Assembly (NCBI RefSeq): GCF_009914755.1
Contig: NC_060925.1
Reading direction: 5' to 3' (one strand)
Length of the DNA: 64,000 nt
Source: the human T2T-CHM13v2.0 reference genome, Homo sapiens
Below are positions 36,355 to 50,790 of the stretch, one piece after another. The position numbers were made by a program, and so were the translations under genes. The notes beneath the pieces were generated by a model. It was given only the letters and a program-made list of their open reading frames with translations. It was not told the origin of the DNA and ran no database searches. Numbering within the stretch: position 1 is the stretch's first letter; each line of letters starts with the position of its first letter.

Positions 36355-36693
36355 CCCATATGAGATCTCTTTCTAGGGTTCCCAGGAGCCGAGGTGCCCA
36401 TCTGAGCCTGATCTTCCTGAAATCTTTGGGAAGCTCACCTTCCAAGACTCCCCATGATGAGCAGTATTGATTTTTCTGGGTCCCCACATTGCTTAGGGAA
36501 ATAGGTTCCTCCACCTCCCATTGGCCTTTTTGTGCTTACCCTGAGAAGCTGTGTCAGGCCACTGTGTCAGGTGTCAGGCTTAGCCCAGAGAGAGTGAGGT
36601 GGAGGAGGCGGAGGGTGTAACCCAGCCAGGTCCTCTTCACATAAGCTATCAGACAAGCTCCTCAGGGCAGCAGCTCCTCAAGGCCCCAGGAAC

Positions 36694-36861
36694 ATGGCTG
36701 TCCCCTGGCTAGTGCTACTCTTGGCATTGCCCATCTTTTTCCTGGGGGTCTTTGTCTGGGCTGTCTTTGAGCACTTCCTCACCACGGATATCCCTGCTAC
36801 CTTGCAGCATCCTGCCAAGTTGAGATTCCTGCATTGCATATTCCTCTACCTGGTCACTTTG
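36694..36861 (+). CDS. AADACL4: AADACL4 (arylacetamide deacetylase-like 4) coding exon 1: N-terminal signal-anchor
   Basis: MAVPWLVLLLALPIFFLGVFVWAVFEHFLTTDIPATLQHPAKLRFLHCIFLYLVTL; Kozak AACATGG; phase-0 donor TTG|GTGAGT. Confidence 0.95.
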
Positions 36862-37019
36862 GTGAGTTTACTCTCAGGCCACGTCGTAACCTGGGGGCTT
36901 CTTCTCTTGTTCTCAGTACCTTACCCTCTTTTCCCTCTTTCACTTCCCTTCTGTCTCTCTCTCTTCGGACTCCCTCAAGATAGACTTGTCTCTTCTGTAT
37001 CTGCTATTCTGTTTGCCTC

Positions 37020-37516
37020 TCTCTTCCCTCCCTCCGTTCCTTCCCCCTTCCCATAGCCTGCCTGCCTTTCTTCCTCTCTCCCTCCCTTCCTTCCCTCCTT
37101 CTCTCCCTCCTTTCCTTTCTTTTTTCCTTCTTTCCTTCCCTCCTTCCCTCTCCTTCCTCCTTCCCTCATTCTCTCCCTTCCTCCCTATCTCCTTCATTCC
37201 CTCCCTCCCTTCCTTCCTTCCCTCCTTCTCCGCTCCTTTCCTTCCTTTTTCCTTCTTTCTTTCTCTCCCTCCCTCCTTCCTTCCTCCTTCCCTCCTTCCT
37301 TCATTCTCTCTCTTCCTATCTCCTTCCTTCCCTCCCTCCTTCCTTTCTTCTTTCCCTTCTTCCTTCCTCCCTATCTCCTTTCTTCCTTCCCTCCTCCCTC
37401 CCTCCCTCCCTCCCTCCCTTCCTTCCTTGTTTCCTTCCTACCTTCCTTCCTTCCCTCCTTTTGTTCCGTTCTTCCTTCCTCTCTCCTGCTCTCTCTAACT
37501 CCCTTCCTTTCTTCCT
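37020..37516. repeat. About 500-bp C/T low-complexity tract ((CCTT)n/(CCCT)n)
   Basis: Almost pure pyrimidine on the + strand. Confidence 0.93.
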
Positions 37517-37684
37517 TTAGCATCAAACATTTACCGAGTGCCAATCACTGGGCTCTTTTCTGAGAATTCAAAAACAATTTCAGACCCAGTTCCTGCCTTC
37601 CCCGGGCTTGTGGCCTGACAGCCCCTGCCCCTCCTTCAGCCGCGCACACTTTCACCCTCAGTGCACTGACTTACCTATAGGTTG

Positions 37685-37990
37685 TTTCTATTTTATTTTA
37701 CTTTTTTGAGACGGGGTCTTGCTCTGTTGCCCAGGCTGGAGTGCAGTGGTGCAATCATGGCTCAGTGCAGCCTCAACCTCCTGGGCTCAAGCGATCCTTT
37801 CCATCTCAGCCTCCCAAGTAGCTGGGACTACAGGTGCGCACCACCATGCCCGGCTAATTTTTGTACTTTTGGTAGAGACAGGGTTTCGCTATGTTGCCCA
37901 GGCTGGTCTAGAACTCCTGGGCTCAAGCAATCTGCCCGCCTTGGCCTCCCAAAGTGTAGGGATTGCAGGTGTGAGCCACTGCACCTAGCT
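37685..37990 (-). mobile_element. AluJ-like element
   Basis: Full dimer. Confidence 0.9.
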
Positions 37991-39169
37991 TCACAGGTGT
38001 TTTTTTCCTTATTCATCTCTGTAAGCCCAGTCCCACTCACAGAGCCTGGTATCTGGTAGGTGCTTACTTTTGTTGGTATACATGAATTTACCCAGCATTT
38101 CTGAGTGGCCGTGCCAGCCAGGCTCTGAGCAGGGCTTGGGGATTGGGGGTTTGGGGTGGACCAGCATGCACCCAGAGTTGCAGTGGATTTGGAAACAGTG
38201 GTGTGACATCTTGTTTGTGGCAGGCAACCTGAGTTAACCCCAATGTCCCAACCCTAGGTGGAGACCTTATAGAAGCCAAACAGCTCCTACTGATTCCAGG
38301 GCAGCTGTGGAGGAGGATGAGGAGGCCACGCTTAACTGACAGCAGGGCTTAGGAATAAGGAACAGAGACAGCAGCCGGACTGCCTGAGTGTGTGTCCCAG
38401 CTCTGTCACTCACTCGCTGTGCGGTCCTGCACCATTTACTTAACCTCTCTGTGTCTCAGTTTCCTCATCTGGGAGGGTTAATATGTCTAGAGATGTTTAG
38501 TGAATTCGTAAAATACATCTCTGTGCTGCTGGAAGTGTTCCCCATGGGTTACAAAAACATTTTCTAAAAGATCACTTTTAGAGACACCGACAAGTTCAGT
38601 GTGCAGTGGCATCAATGCCACTGACGCAAGGAGACAGGACAAGGATGTAGAAAGTACTCGTGTCCTCTCATTTGGAGAATGCAATCAGCCTGGAATTAGG
38701 CAGTCTCAAGCCAGTGGCTGCAATCCACATGGAGTTACTAGTTGGGTTAGAGCCCCAGGATTTAAAACGAGGGCCTAAGATGTTCAGGTGGCCCAGAGAA
38801 ATGGAGATTTTTCTGTCAGTGTTTCTCCTCAAAAGTAGCCCACAAGCTAAACATCTACTGATGACAGCTGCTATGGGCTGTTCACAGGGGACTCTGAGAT
38901 GGGTCTGCAGCCGCTGAAAGGGTGGATTCAGCTTGTGGCGTCCTCTCTCGATCCCTCCGGCACTGGGGCCTCCCAGGGCACACTGCCCATCATGGGGTGA
39001 TGATGATGAGGATGAGGACATACAGTAGTGAATGTTCATTCGGTTCCAGAGGACAGATAGACAACACAGGAACAAGAAGTTTAGGGAGGACAAGGAAAAA
39101 GCTAAAAAGAGTCTATGGCCAGGAAATCAAGAGCTTTGTTTCGGTATCAGACCACCCTCTGAGCCCTGA

Positions 39170-40849
<1,680 letters not shown>

Positions 40850-42636
40850 ACTGGACCTCAGATATTTTTAAAATCTCGATGCTCCCATGTATAATCTTAA
40901 TAATCAGTTTTCCTCTCTGCCTCTGTCCTAAGTTACCAGCTATAGAAAATGTGGACTCAGAATTGGAAAACCAAACCAAAACCAAAACAAAGTAACTTCG
41001 TGGCATAGCTAGTGGCCATCACACGGTACAGCGTGATGTTAAACTTTCCGGGGTAGCGCGATGCCTATGGAGGGTTAATATCACACTTCATTGTTCAAAA
41101 TCCCCTAAACAAACGTTTCCTGTTCTAGATGCTGGAGACAGAGGGGAAGGTGCTGAGACCTTTGCTCATGAGAAGCATTTGGTTTGGTGGTAGGAACAAA
41201 CATGGGTGATCAGATCCACACAGTAAAGCCCCAGAGGAGTTCTAAAGAAATCTTTGGAGGCAGAGGTTGCAGTGAGCTGAGAATGTGCCACTGCACTCCA
41301 ACCTGGGCAACAGGGTACTGAGGGCCTCCAAGAAGGCAGTGGCCATTACTATGAGAGGGAGGAGGATGGCCCCACGTGAACATGACTCTTGAGCCTGGAT
41401 ATGAAAGTCAGTTTGGTGTCCAACCACCTGCTGAACAGGTAAGAAAGGCTCCCAGGAAACAAAGGGAGGCATGGAGAAGCCCACAGTGTGTGGGCAAACA
41501 GGGAAGACAGCTGGGGAGATTAGTGCTGGGGCCAGCCTACCCTGACAACAGGGGCCACGACTTAGGGAGCTCACAGCCGAGCAGGTGAAGATCCATGCTG
41601 GTACAACATAGAGGCCTGGGGTTTTCGGATGTGGGTCAGTTGATGGGAAAAGCAGGTGACCTCCACCTTGCAGATCAACTCGTTCTCCTCCAACTAAAGC
41701 AGGGAAATCATTATTTTGTTTGGAGTTCCTTTAGGAGGACCTCTTCATGGAGGGAACCGATTGGGGTAGTCCGTGCAACCTCAGACAAGACCCAGTGGGT
41801 GCAAGCAAGAGAAAGGGTGGGGCTCACACTGGCCAGGACCCACTGGGGAGACACTCTATGTAGGTGATCACATCCCATCCTCACACCTCATCCTTGGACT
41901 ATACACAACATGCTTCTCATTTTGGGAAGCTCAGAGACAAATTGAAGCTCAGAGACAGTGATGCCCAAGGCTTTTCAGTTCATTGGAGTTTGGGGTCAGA
42001 CTTGAGCTTGGATAGGCTTGGCTCTGAAACCCAAGCTCTTTCTTGGTTAGCAGTTGAGAACACAAATTTTGCATCTTACTTGTTGAACAACCCTGGGCAA
42101 GGAACTTGACCTTGGCATGTCTTAACTTCCTGATTTATAAAATGGAGCTGGTAATTATGCCTGACTTAGAAAGGTTGCTGAGAAGTTTAATCAAGTTAAT
42201 GATCCAAGCCACTTGGGCCAGTACTGACACATTGTAAATGTCTGATAAGTATCAGCTGTTCTTGTTCTTGTCATTCTTATCATTCCTTGCTGTTTTCCTT
42301 ATGACAAAGACACACTCCAAATGTGAGGTCTGTGGGAGAGATTATCCAGAATCGCTGAAATGTACTTAGTACATGAAATATGACACCTTGTAACTGTATT
42401 TCGTGAAATATTCAGATGTTGAATTGTTTATAAGTAGAGTGACCGTATTAGTTTAAAAACACATTACTCCCTTGACCTGAGCCCACAACAGACATCCCTA
42501 ACTGATCACGTTGCTCTTTTTCATTGAACACGGACACAGTTAGGAATCCTTCCTAACCCAGAAGAATGATCTGTTGATACAGGTGAGGAACTATCTTTGC
42601 ATCCCAGGCTGGGGAGAGTCCAGCACAGAGCTATAG

Positions 42637-42977
<341 letters not shown>

Positions 42978-43269
42978 AACAATTGGCTTTTCTAAGTCAG
43001 TGGCTTCTTCCCAGTCAGCCCCAAGCTAGGCTACCCTTTGGCAAATTCACATCATTATTCAATCAAGAGCCTCTGGGGAGAAAAGTTGGAAAACCCAGCC
43101 CTCTACCTGGACACAGTCCAGAGCCTATGGATTCCTGAAGAGCCCCCTGTACCTACAGGAGGCAGGTGAGAAACTGTGAAAACATCCTAACAATTCTAAG
43201 TGTCAGGGAATCTACCATCCAGATTCTAACCTCTCCTAACGTCTGGCTTTCTTTTGTTACCTCCAACAG

Positions 43270-43486
43270 GGGAATATATTTGAGAAGCTGGGAATTTGCT
43301 CCATGCCCAAATTTATTCGTTTTTTACATGATAGCGTGAGAATTAAAAAGGACCCTGAACTTGTGGTGACCGACCTGCGTTTTGGGACGATACCCGTGAG
43401 GCTGTTCCAGCCGAAGGCAGCATCCTCCAGACCCCGGCGAGGCATCATCTTCTACCATGGAGGGGCCACAGTATTTGGGAGCCTGG
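43270..43486 (+). CDS. AADACL4: AADACL4 coding exon 2, containing the HGG oxyanion-hole motif
   Basis: Acceptor ...ctccaacag|GGG; GNIFEKLGICSMPKF...GIIFYHGGATVFGSL; phase-1 donor CTGG|GTAAG; 217 nt. Confidence 0.95.
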
Positions 43487-43927
43487 GTAAGGGGCTTCCC
43501 TGTGGCTTTGTAGAGGAAGGGCCTCATCTGCATGCATAGCCTAGCTCATGCCTCCCGCAAGAACCCTTCTACAGTAGCTTAAAGGAATCAGTTGTTGGAG
43601 ATTTTTATAGCGTTAATAGCCCAGACTAAGGGCTTTGGGCTCAGGTCAGTAGATAGTGTGGCAGCTGACATGGGAATCCTTTTCTTTTCTTTAATATGAT
43701 GGTCTCAGTCAAGATGGGGACAGCAGTGGTCATGGTGGGGCTGTCGCAGAGGCTGTGGACTCCTCTCTCCCCTTTCTACTCCTAGTCATTGGCCTGCCCT
43801 GTCTCATTTACAATGATCCCAAACCCATGTATTTCCCTCTAGCTCTGCAGTATCATCATGACCCAAGACCCCATCCTTGCTTGCCTGCCTCCTTGCATCC
43901 CAGCCTCCCAGCCACGGGTCTCCCTGA

Positions 43928-44268
<341 letters not shown>

Positions 44269-45359
44269 CTTCCAGAGGGATCTTTTAAAAATACAAGTCA
44301 GAGCTTGTCAGTCCTGCACTTAAATCTCTCCTGTGCCCTTCCATGAAACCCAGACTCCTCCCACAGCCTCACCCGGGTCACCTGTGGTGTCCTTTACCCG
44401 TTCACTCAGCTGCAGTCCCAATACGCGTCTATCTGCTGCAGACACTTAAGCTCCTTCTCACCACCGTTCTCTACCTGCTGTTTCCTCAGTCTCAAAAGAT
44501 ACCCTTCCCACCCCTGTCATTGCATGGCTGACTACGCCTGGTTCTTTCAGTTGTATCTCAACTGTCCCTCCCCAGAGTTGTCTTGATACCGGTGGGCTGG
44601 GGGATGTCCCCAAAGGCCAGTGGCACCTCCAGCTGGTGTCCCTGCTCTTGAAACCGTTGGGAGAATGAATTCAAGGACAAGTCAGAAAATAGTGAAAATA
44701 CAGAGATTTGTTGCAAAGGAAAAAGCACACACTCAAGAAAAGGAAGTGGGATGGACTCAAGAGAGACAGGCGCAAAGAAATGCTACCTTTATGCATTTCT
44801 TTAACCAAGGGGTGGACTATTCATGAAAATTCTTGGAAAAAGATGATGTTTTCTCGGAACTGTGGTGCCACCCATTTATACACCAAATATGGTGTCCCCA
44901 TAACTGTCCTGTCGCTGGTGGGTGTGTGTTTAACATGTTAATGAACACATAAGGAGGTCCTAGGAGAAGCCCAGGTCCAATCCAGTGCCATGTTGGGTCC
45001 AGTCGGTCTTAGCCAGCTTGGTCCACACCCTGGCTTTTCAGGGTTTTATCACCTTCTGCGGCTATTTCAACAATTTCCTTTTGCTAGTCATGTGAAACCG
45101 CTGCCTGGAATTTTCTATTCTTCTGCGACCACCCTGTGTAATTCCTATCTCATTTTTTTTCCCTCAGAGATTTCCATCTCCTATACTTAGGGGTTGATGA
45201 CGGGGGAGGTCAGTCTTCAGTATCTACTTTCTGCTGATTAGGGGTCTTGGCCCCGCCTAGTGTAGGCTTGGAAATCTCTGGATGCCTAGCCTATGGGTGA
45301 CCCAAGGTGGGTCATCAGGAGGATCTGAATCTGAGGCAGGGATTGGTTGGAATCCTTCA

Positions 45360-45720
45360 GGGCCATCCTTTTGACATGGAACTGTTGCAGTCTATTAGAT
45401 TGGTGTGAAAGTAATTGCAGTGTTTGCCATAAAAGGCAAAAACCATTTGCGTCAAGAAGACATAAACTTTACAAAGAGATTAAACAAGCAAGGACCCAAG
45501 ATCAGAAGTCATAAGACAGCTATTGGAGGACCCAGGAAAGGTAGGACTCATGTCACACTTGGTAGGTATCCCTGGATGGAGTCCCACATGGCTTCAGCAG
45601 TGACGTTATTGAAATTATACAGCCGGATAGCCTGTTGGTAAAACTTTGAACATGCAGTTCAGCTAATCCTGAATTGTTGATATAAGAACAACAGGTATGG
45701 TTTATTACCGCACAAACCCT
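45360..45720 (-). pseudogene. ERV env transmembrane-subunit remnant
   Basis: CAVINHTCC (CX6CC), then frameshifted LPFLGPPIAVL*LLILGPCLFNLFVKFMSS/RLQQFHV. Confidence 0.85.
45395..45445. mobile_element. Truncated MADE1 (Hsmar1-derived MITE) inserted at a TA in the env remnant
   Basis: TA + TTAGATTGGTGTGAAAGTAATTGCAGTGTTTGCCAT...GGCAAAAACC matches the MADE1 TIR. Confidence 0.8.
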
Positions 45721-46680
45721 TCTGAGTGGTTTATGCTCTGGTCCTGTTAGGGCCTCGTACAATGGCTTAGTAATGAGCGCAAATCCTGGGATCCAAATCC
45801 TGTAAAACCTTGGCACACCCAGGAAAGTTCTAAGTTGCTGCTTTGTTTGTGGAGGTCCTACCTTCAAGACTGCCTCCTTTCATTTGATGGACAAGGTCTG
45901 GTTCCCTGGGCTTAGGATGTGCCCCGGATATTTTACTTTACTTCAGGTTTAGAAATCTGGGCCTTGGATGAAGAGAACCTATACCCTCTTTTTCCCAGGA
46001 AGTTTAGGACCTGAATGCCATTCTTCTCTGAGTCCTCTCAGAGGGACTGCATACAAGGATAATATCCACGTATTAGAGTATCCCCCCCTTTCTAGCTCTA
46101 GCTCCCTTAATTCTCATGCCAAGGGATTTACAAACATGTGAGTCCTATCCCCAAAGCCTGGAGGCAGTACCATCCAGGTGTGCTGTAGGGAAATAGTAGT
46201 TCCAGGATCAGTTCTCTCAAAAGCAAACAAATACTGAGATTCAGGGTGCAGAGAGAAACCATCCATAAGATCTAATACCATGAACCAATTGGTGTCTCCC
46301 AGTATTTGGGTAAATACGGTATAAAGATTTGGCACTATAGGATGTAAGAGAATTACGGTCTCATTGTAAGTCTTGAACTACTGTTTGGTTTTTGGACAGG
46401 AAAGACAGGAGTATTACAAGGAGATCTGCCTGGAACCAGGAGGCCATGTTTTAACAACTTCTCAATTAGAGGTTGCAGTCTTTGCCTGGCTTCTGATTTG
46501 AGAGGATATTGATCCTTGTATGGGGAATTATTTTTGTCTTTTAAAGAGATGATCACTGACTGAGCATGTATTGCTTTGCCAGGAGTTTCTTGGTTCCATA
46601 CTTGTGGGTCTACTTGAGACCTTATTTCGGTGTGTGAGTGGGTCTCCTGTTTTTCTGAGGCTGATTTAGAAGCAGCAAGC
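45721..46680 (-). pseudogene. ERV pol (reverse transcriptase) remnant
   Basis: QYPLKSEA...SPCNTPVFPVQKP, WFMVLDLMDGF...SQYLFAF, TWMVLPPGF, degenerate YVD(I) at 46072-46061, QLRTFLG...RIWIPGFALITKPLYEAL; several frameshifts and stops. Confidence 0.9.
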
Positions 46681-46754
46681 ATTGCCGATAAGGAGGGCTT
46701 TCTAGGGCCTGATAGAGTGGCTCATTTATTGGGATGGCTAGGAAGTCCCATCCC

Positions 46755-47230
46755 TGTGGGGGTTCAGTCAGGCTGGTGGGAAAAATTTTAGTTATAATAG
46801 CCACAAACCTTCTTGGAAGGCCTGAAGGTTTTTGCAAAAATCTCAGGATAAGGTTATGGCTGAAGGCAACCTAATCCTTACCTTGAGTAAATAGCTTAAA
46901 GTGGGTACAAAGGAAGATAGAACAGTTTATCTAAATAGCTTGTTTACTCACGTGGTCCTAAGACTAACCTTTGATCATTCATGGGCAAGACGGCCCTCTC
47001 CGGGGTAGGGGTGACCAGGTTAATTACCCACAGGTGTGTTGACTCAAGCCTTTGTCAATTAATCTTTACTGAATAAATACGAGTCTCGCTGGCTGGTCAG
47101 GGCTGTGGCCACTGACTCTTTACAGCACCTTGCTTGGTGTCTGTAAACGGCTCGGACACTCAGCCGGACTGGCAAAGCAGAATACATGTCAGTACATGTT
47201 ATTCATCCGTTGTTGGGTCAGGGTCTCGCA
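46755..47230 (+). mobile_element. LTR22-like solo LTR (HERV-K HML-5) nested in the ERV1 protease gene
   Basis: Start TGTGGGGGTTCAGTCAGGCTGGTGGGAAAAATT, end ...GCA; perfect 6-bp TSD CATCCC (46749-46754 / 47231-47236); AATAAA 47072-47077. Confidence 0.88.
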
Positions 47231-47236
47231 CATCCC

Positions 47237-47520
47237 AACAAACAAATGGGACATTCCGACATAATTAGAAACTCATGAGTTAATATATATACTATATAGA
47301 CTATACTATATATATGGTCCTAGCCTGCAGTTCAGGGGTAAAGTAAAGCACTTTGATTTTGGGGTGCCATCAACACCTGTGACACTGTAGTTTTTGGAGG
47401 ATAAGGGCCCAGGGTGGCTGTTTAGGAGAGAGTAACTGGCCCCTGAGTCAATTACGAAATTAATATTTTTACCAGCCATGTCAAGAGTCACTGAGGCTCC
47501 TCAGTTGTGATGACCATGAT
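47237..47520 (-). pseudogene. ERV protease remnant
   Basis: VTLDMAGKNINFVIDSGASYSLL (aspartic protease DSG), flap VTGVDG, C-terminal HEFLIMSECPICLLG|WDFLA split by LTR22. Confidence 0.9.
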
Positions 47521-47555
47521 TTTTGTGGGGGCTGCCAGGAACCTCAGGCCTCTTC

Positions 47556-48240
47556 AGTTCTCAGTTATGGCCATTATGGCATCGGGTGTCCCCTGCCTTC
47601 AGAGCTCAGGGCAGTCCCTTTTCCAGTGGGCCTTCTGCTTGTAGTGAGGGCAGGGTCTAGGTGGGCTCCCTGGCTGGGACATCATTGCTCCAGTGTCCCA
47701 GCTTTTCACACTTGAAGCAGTAACCATTGCCTGCAGGTTTGCTGTTAGGCCCGTTTCACCAACGACTGAAGCCTCCCTCTGGGTGACCCTGGGTTTGTGG
47801 GGCACTGGTTGCAGAGTTACAAGGATGGCTATCATTTGGGCTTGCACTTCATCCCATTGTTTGCCATGCCGGGTCTTTTCAGCCTTTTCAGCCCTGTCCC
47901 TATTATTGAATATCCCAAAAGCTACATCAAGCATTTGATTAACAGGCATTTGGAGTCCCAAAGCCAATTTCTGTAATTTTCTCCTGATGTTGGGCACTGA
48001 CTGGCTAATAAAGGGTTCTGATAAAGAGCCATGAAGGCCTATATATATGGTATTTCAGTCCATTTCTCCTGAGATTTACAAAAAAGACCTAATCACAAGA
48101 TGGTATTAAAATTTAGGGTTTCATTCTCTGGCCATTGCACCCTATTTTCCAACTTATATTGGGGCCAAATGGTGTTATAGAAAGAAATGAGTTTCTTCTA
48201 AGCCCATCAAGTTTAAAATTACTCCAGTTTTTAAGAATGT
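47556..48240 (-). pseudogene. ERV gag remnant (capsid C-terminus and nucleocapsid)
   Basis: PNIRRKLQKL...LDVAFGIFNNRDRAE; knuckles CFKCEKLGHW and CPHYKQKAHWKRDC. Confidence 0.88.
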
Positions 48241-48995
48241 GTCCCAAAGGGGAGTTGACAGAGACGGAAAGTTACCCATGGCCTTGGCTTGTCCTTGGCA
48301 TGACTTGAGACAGAAGGGGAAAATAACAGTATGGTTCCCTCATGGATGGACTGGTCCTGGCATTTTATGAAATGTCCCTTGTGATTGGCCAGCTCCATGT
48401 CCACACCAGGGAGACAGGCATCCCAGTTCCCTTGGCTGGCTGCCTCAGCATCCAGGCATCCCTGGAGCCCTACTGTCCTCGGCATCTAGGCATCTCTGGA
48501 GTCTCAGTGTTGCCCAGGCATCTGTGGCCCCTGGGGCTTTGGAAATGGGAAGGTCGAGAAGGGCAAGCTGTGGGCCTGCAAGCTTGCTGATATCCATCTG
48601 AACATTTACCACCAGGTAAAGCTTGGGAGTAGAGATGATTCAGTATGGCCAAAAAATAGGGACCTTGAAGGGAGCACTTGGCATTCCAGAGAACAGTATC
48701 TAAGGGGCCTACCCTGCTGCGTCTAAAGAGTTCACTAAGCTTTCGGGTGAAGTGTGAGGAAGAAGCATGAGAAGAGAAAATCACAACAGTAAGGTTTAAA
48801 GAAAGACAAGGAGAAAACATTTTCCAACTAGCGTCAGTGTATTGGCACAGCTGGTCCCTTGGGAAAACAGAAGCCCCTTCCCAGGAAAAAGTCATAGTGC
48901 TCCTTGGAAACCATCCATCCACTGCCTGGTATGGGTTTTTACCCTACCACCCTCATTAGCCTCGTGTCAGGGAGGACCATGGTGCCTCAAAGCTA

Positions 48996-49358
<363 letters not shown>

Positions 49359-49549
49359 TCATCTCTGCTTGTGACCCATCAGGGTGAATTGGGTTTTCCA
49401 GACTGAGGGAAACAGCAGCAGGGAGGCAGGCTGTAGCTAGCTCCAAGAAAGAAGGAAGAAAGTAGTAATTCCAGAGAACAAGAGGACTCAAACTAAGGTT
49501 GGAGCGGGACTTACCAATTGCCAGTGGTTCTAAAATGGGAGCGATGATG

Positions 49550-49567
49550 TTCCTGACTGGCTCGCCA
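49550..49567 (-). other. Retroviral primer-binding site, tRNA-Arg(ACG)-like
   Basis: Minus strand TGGCGAGCCAGTCAGGAA, 16/18 match to the complement of the tRNA-Arg(ACG) 3' end as recalled; 6 nt from the 5' LTR; donor G|GTAAGT at 49514. Confidence 0.8.
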
Positions 49568-50122
49568 CAAAGATGATACTGCTGGTCTGGGGGAGGTCCC
49601 CAAATGCCATTGGGACGTTGACCCTCGCCAGTGTTCAGGCTCTTGACACTATCATGAGAATGAATTCAAGGACGAGTCAGAAAATGGTGAAAGTACGGAG
49701 ATTTATTGCAAAGGGAAAAGCACATAGTCAAGAAAAGAGTGCAGGCAGACTCAAGAGAGACACGTGCGAGGAGGATTGGGGCTGCTACCTTTATAGGTTT
49801 CTTTAACCAAGGGGCGGAATATTCATGAAAATTCCTGGAAAATGGCGGAGTTTTCTCAGAACTGTGGTGGGTCCACACCCATTCTGGGACCAAAATGGGT
49901 GTCCCAGAACTGCCATGGTACTAGTGGGTGTGTGTTTAGTATGTTGATGACATAGAAGGAGGTCCTAGGAGAGACTCAGGTCAAATCCGGTGCCATGTTG
50001 GGTCCAGTCAGTCTTAGCCAGCTTGGCCAACACCCTGGCTTTTCAGGGTTTTATCAGTCTCTAGCTTCTGCAGCCATTTCAAGTTTCCTTTTGCTCATTG
50101 TGTGAAACTGCTGCCTGGAATT

Positions 50123-50709
50123 GTCTTGTCTTGCCTTCTCTTCTCCCCTTCTCTCTCTCTCTCTCTTTCTTTCTCTTTCTTTCCTTCCTTCCTTCCTTCC
50201 TTCCTTTCTTTTTCTCTTTCTTTCTTTCTTTCTTTCTCTTTCTTTCTCTCTTTCTTTCCTTCCTTCCTTCCTTCCTTCCTTCCTTCCTTCCTTTCTTTCT
50301 TTCTTTCTTTCTTTCTTTTTCTCTTTCTCTCTTTCTTTCTCTCTTTCTTTCTTTTCCCCTCCCTCTCCTCCCTTCCTCACTCCCTCCTTCCCCTTCCTTC
50401 CTTCCTTCCTTTTTCTTTCTTTCTTTCGAAACAGAGTCTTACTCTGTCACCCAGGCTGGAGCACAGTTGCACAATCTCAGCTCACTGCAACCTCCACCTC
50501 CCGGATTCAAGCGAGTATCGTGCCTCAGCCTCCCAAGCAGCTGAGATTACAGGCGCGTGCCACCACACCTGGATAATTTTTGTATTTTTAGTAGAGACGG
50601 GGTTTTGCCATGTTGGCCAAGCTGGTGTCGAACTCCTGACCTCAGGTGATCCACCCGCCTTGGCCTCCCAAAGTACTGGGATTACACGGGTGAGCCACCA
50701 CGCGTGGCC
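50123..50709 (-). mobile_element. Antisense Alu inside the 5' LTR, with its tail expanded into a roughly 300-bp (CTTT/CCTT)n microsatellite
   Basis: cctggaatt duplicated at 50114-50122 and 50708-50716; LTR sequence resumes afterwards. Confidence 0.9.
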
Positions 50710-50790
50710 TGGAATTTTCTATTCTCCTGTAACCACCCTGTGTTATTCCTGTCTCAGCCTCCCTGGACATCTTATCTAAGAACTCTCCTT

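Noticed and set aside
36694-37056. 120-aa single-exon reading of AADACL4 exon 1
   Set aside because: Read-through past the consensus GTGAGT donor at 36862 into low-complexity intron
49550-49567. tRNA gene
   Set aside because: Only an 18-nt match to a tRNA 3' end, next to an LTR: a primer-binding site with no cloverleaf
50054-50779. ORFs up to 225 aa rich in F/L/S or K/E/R (also at 30926-31204 and 36940-37498)
   Set aside because: Translations of pyrimidine/purine microsatellites and Alu sequence
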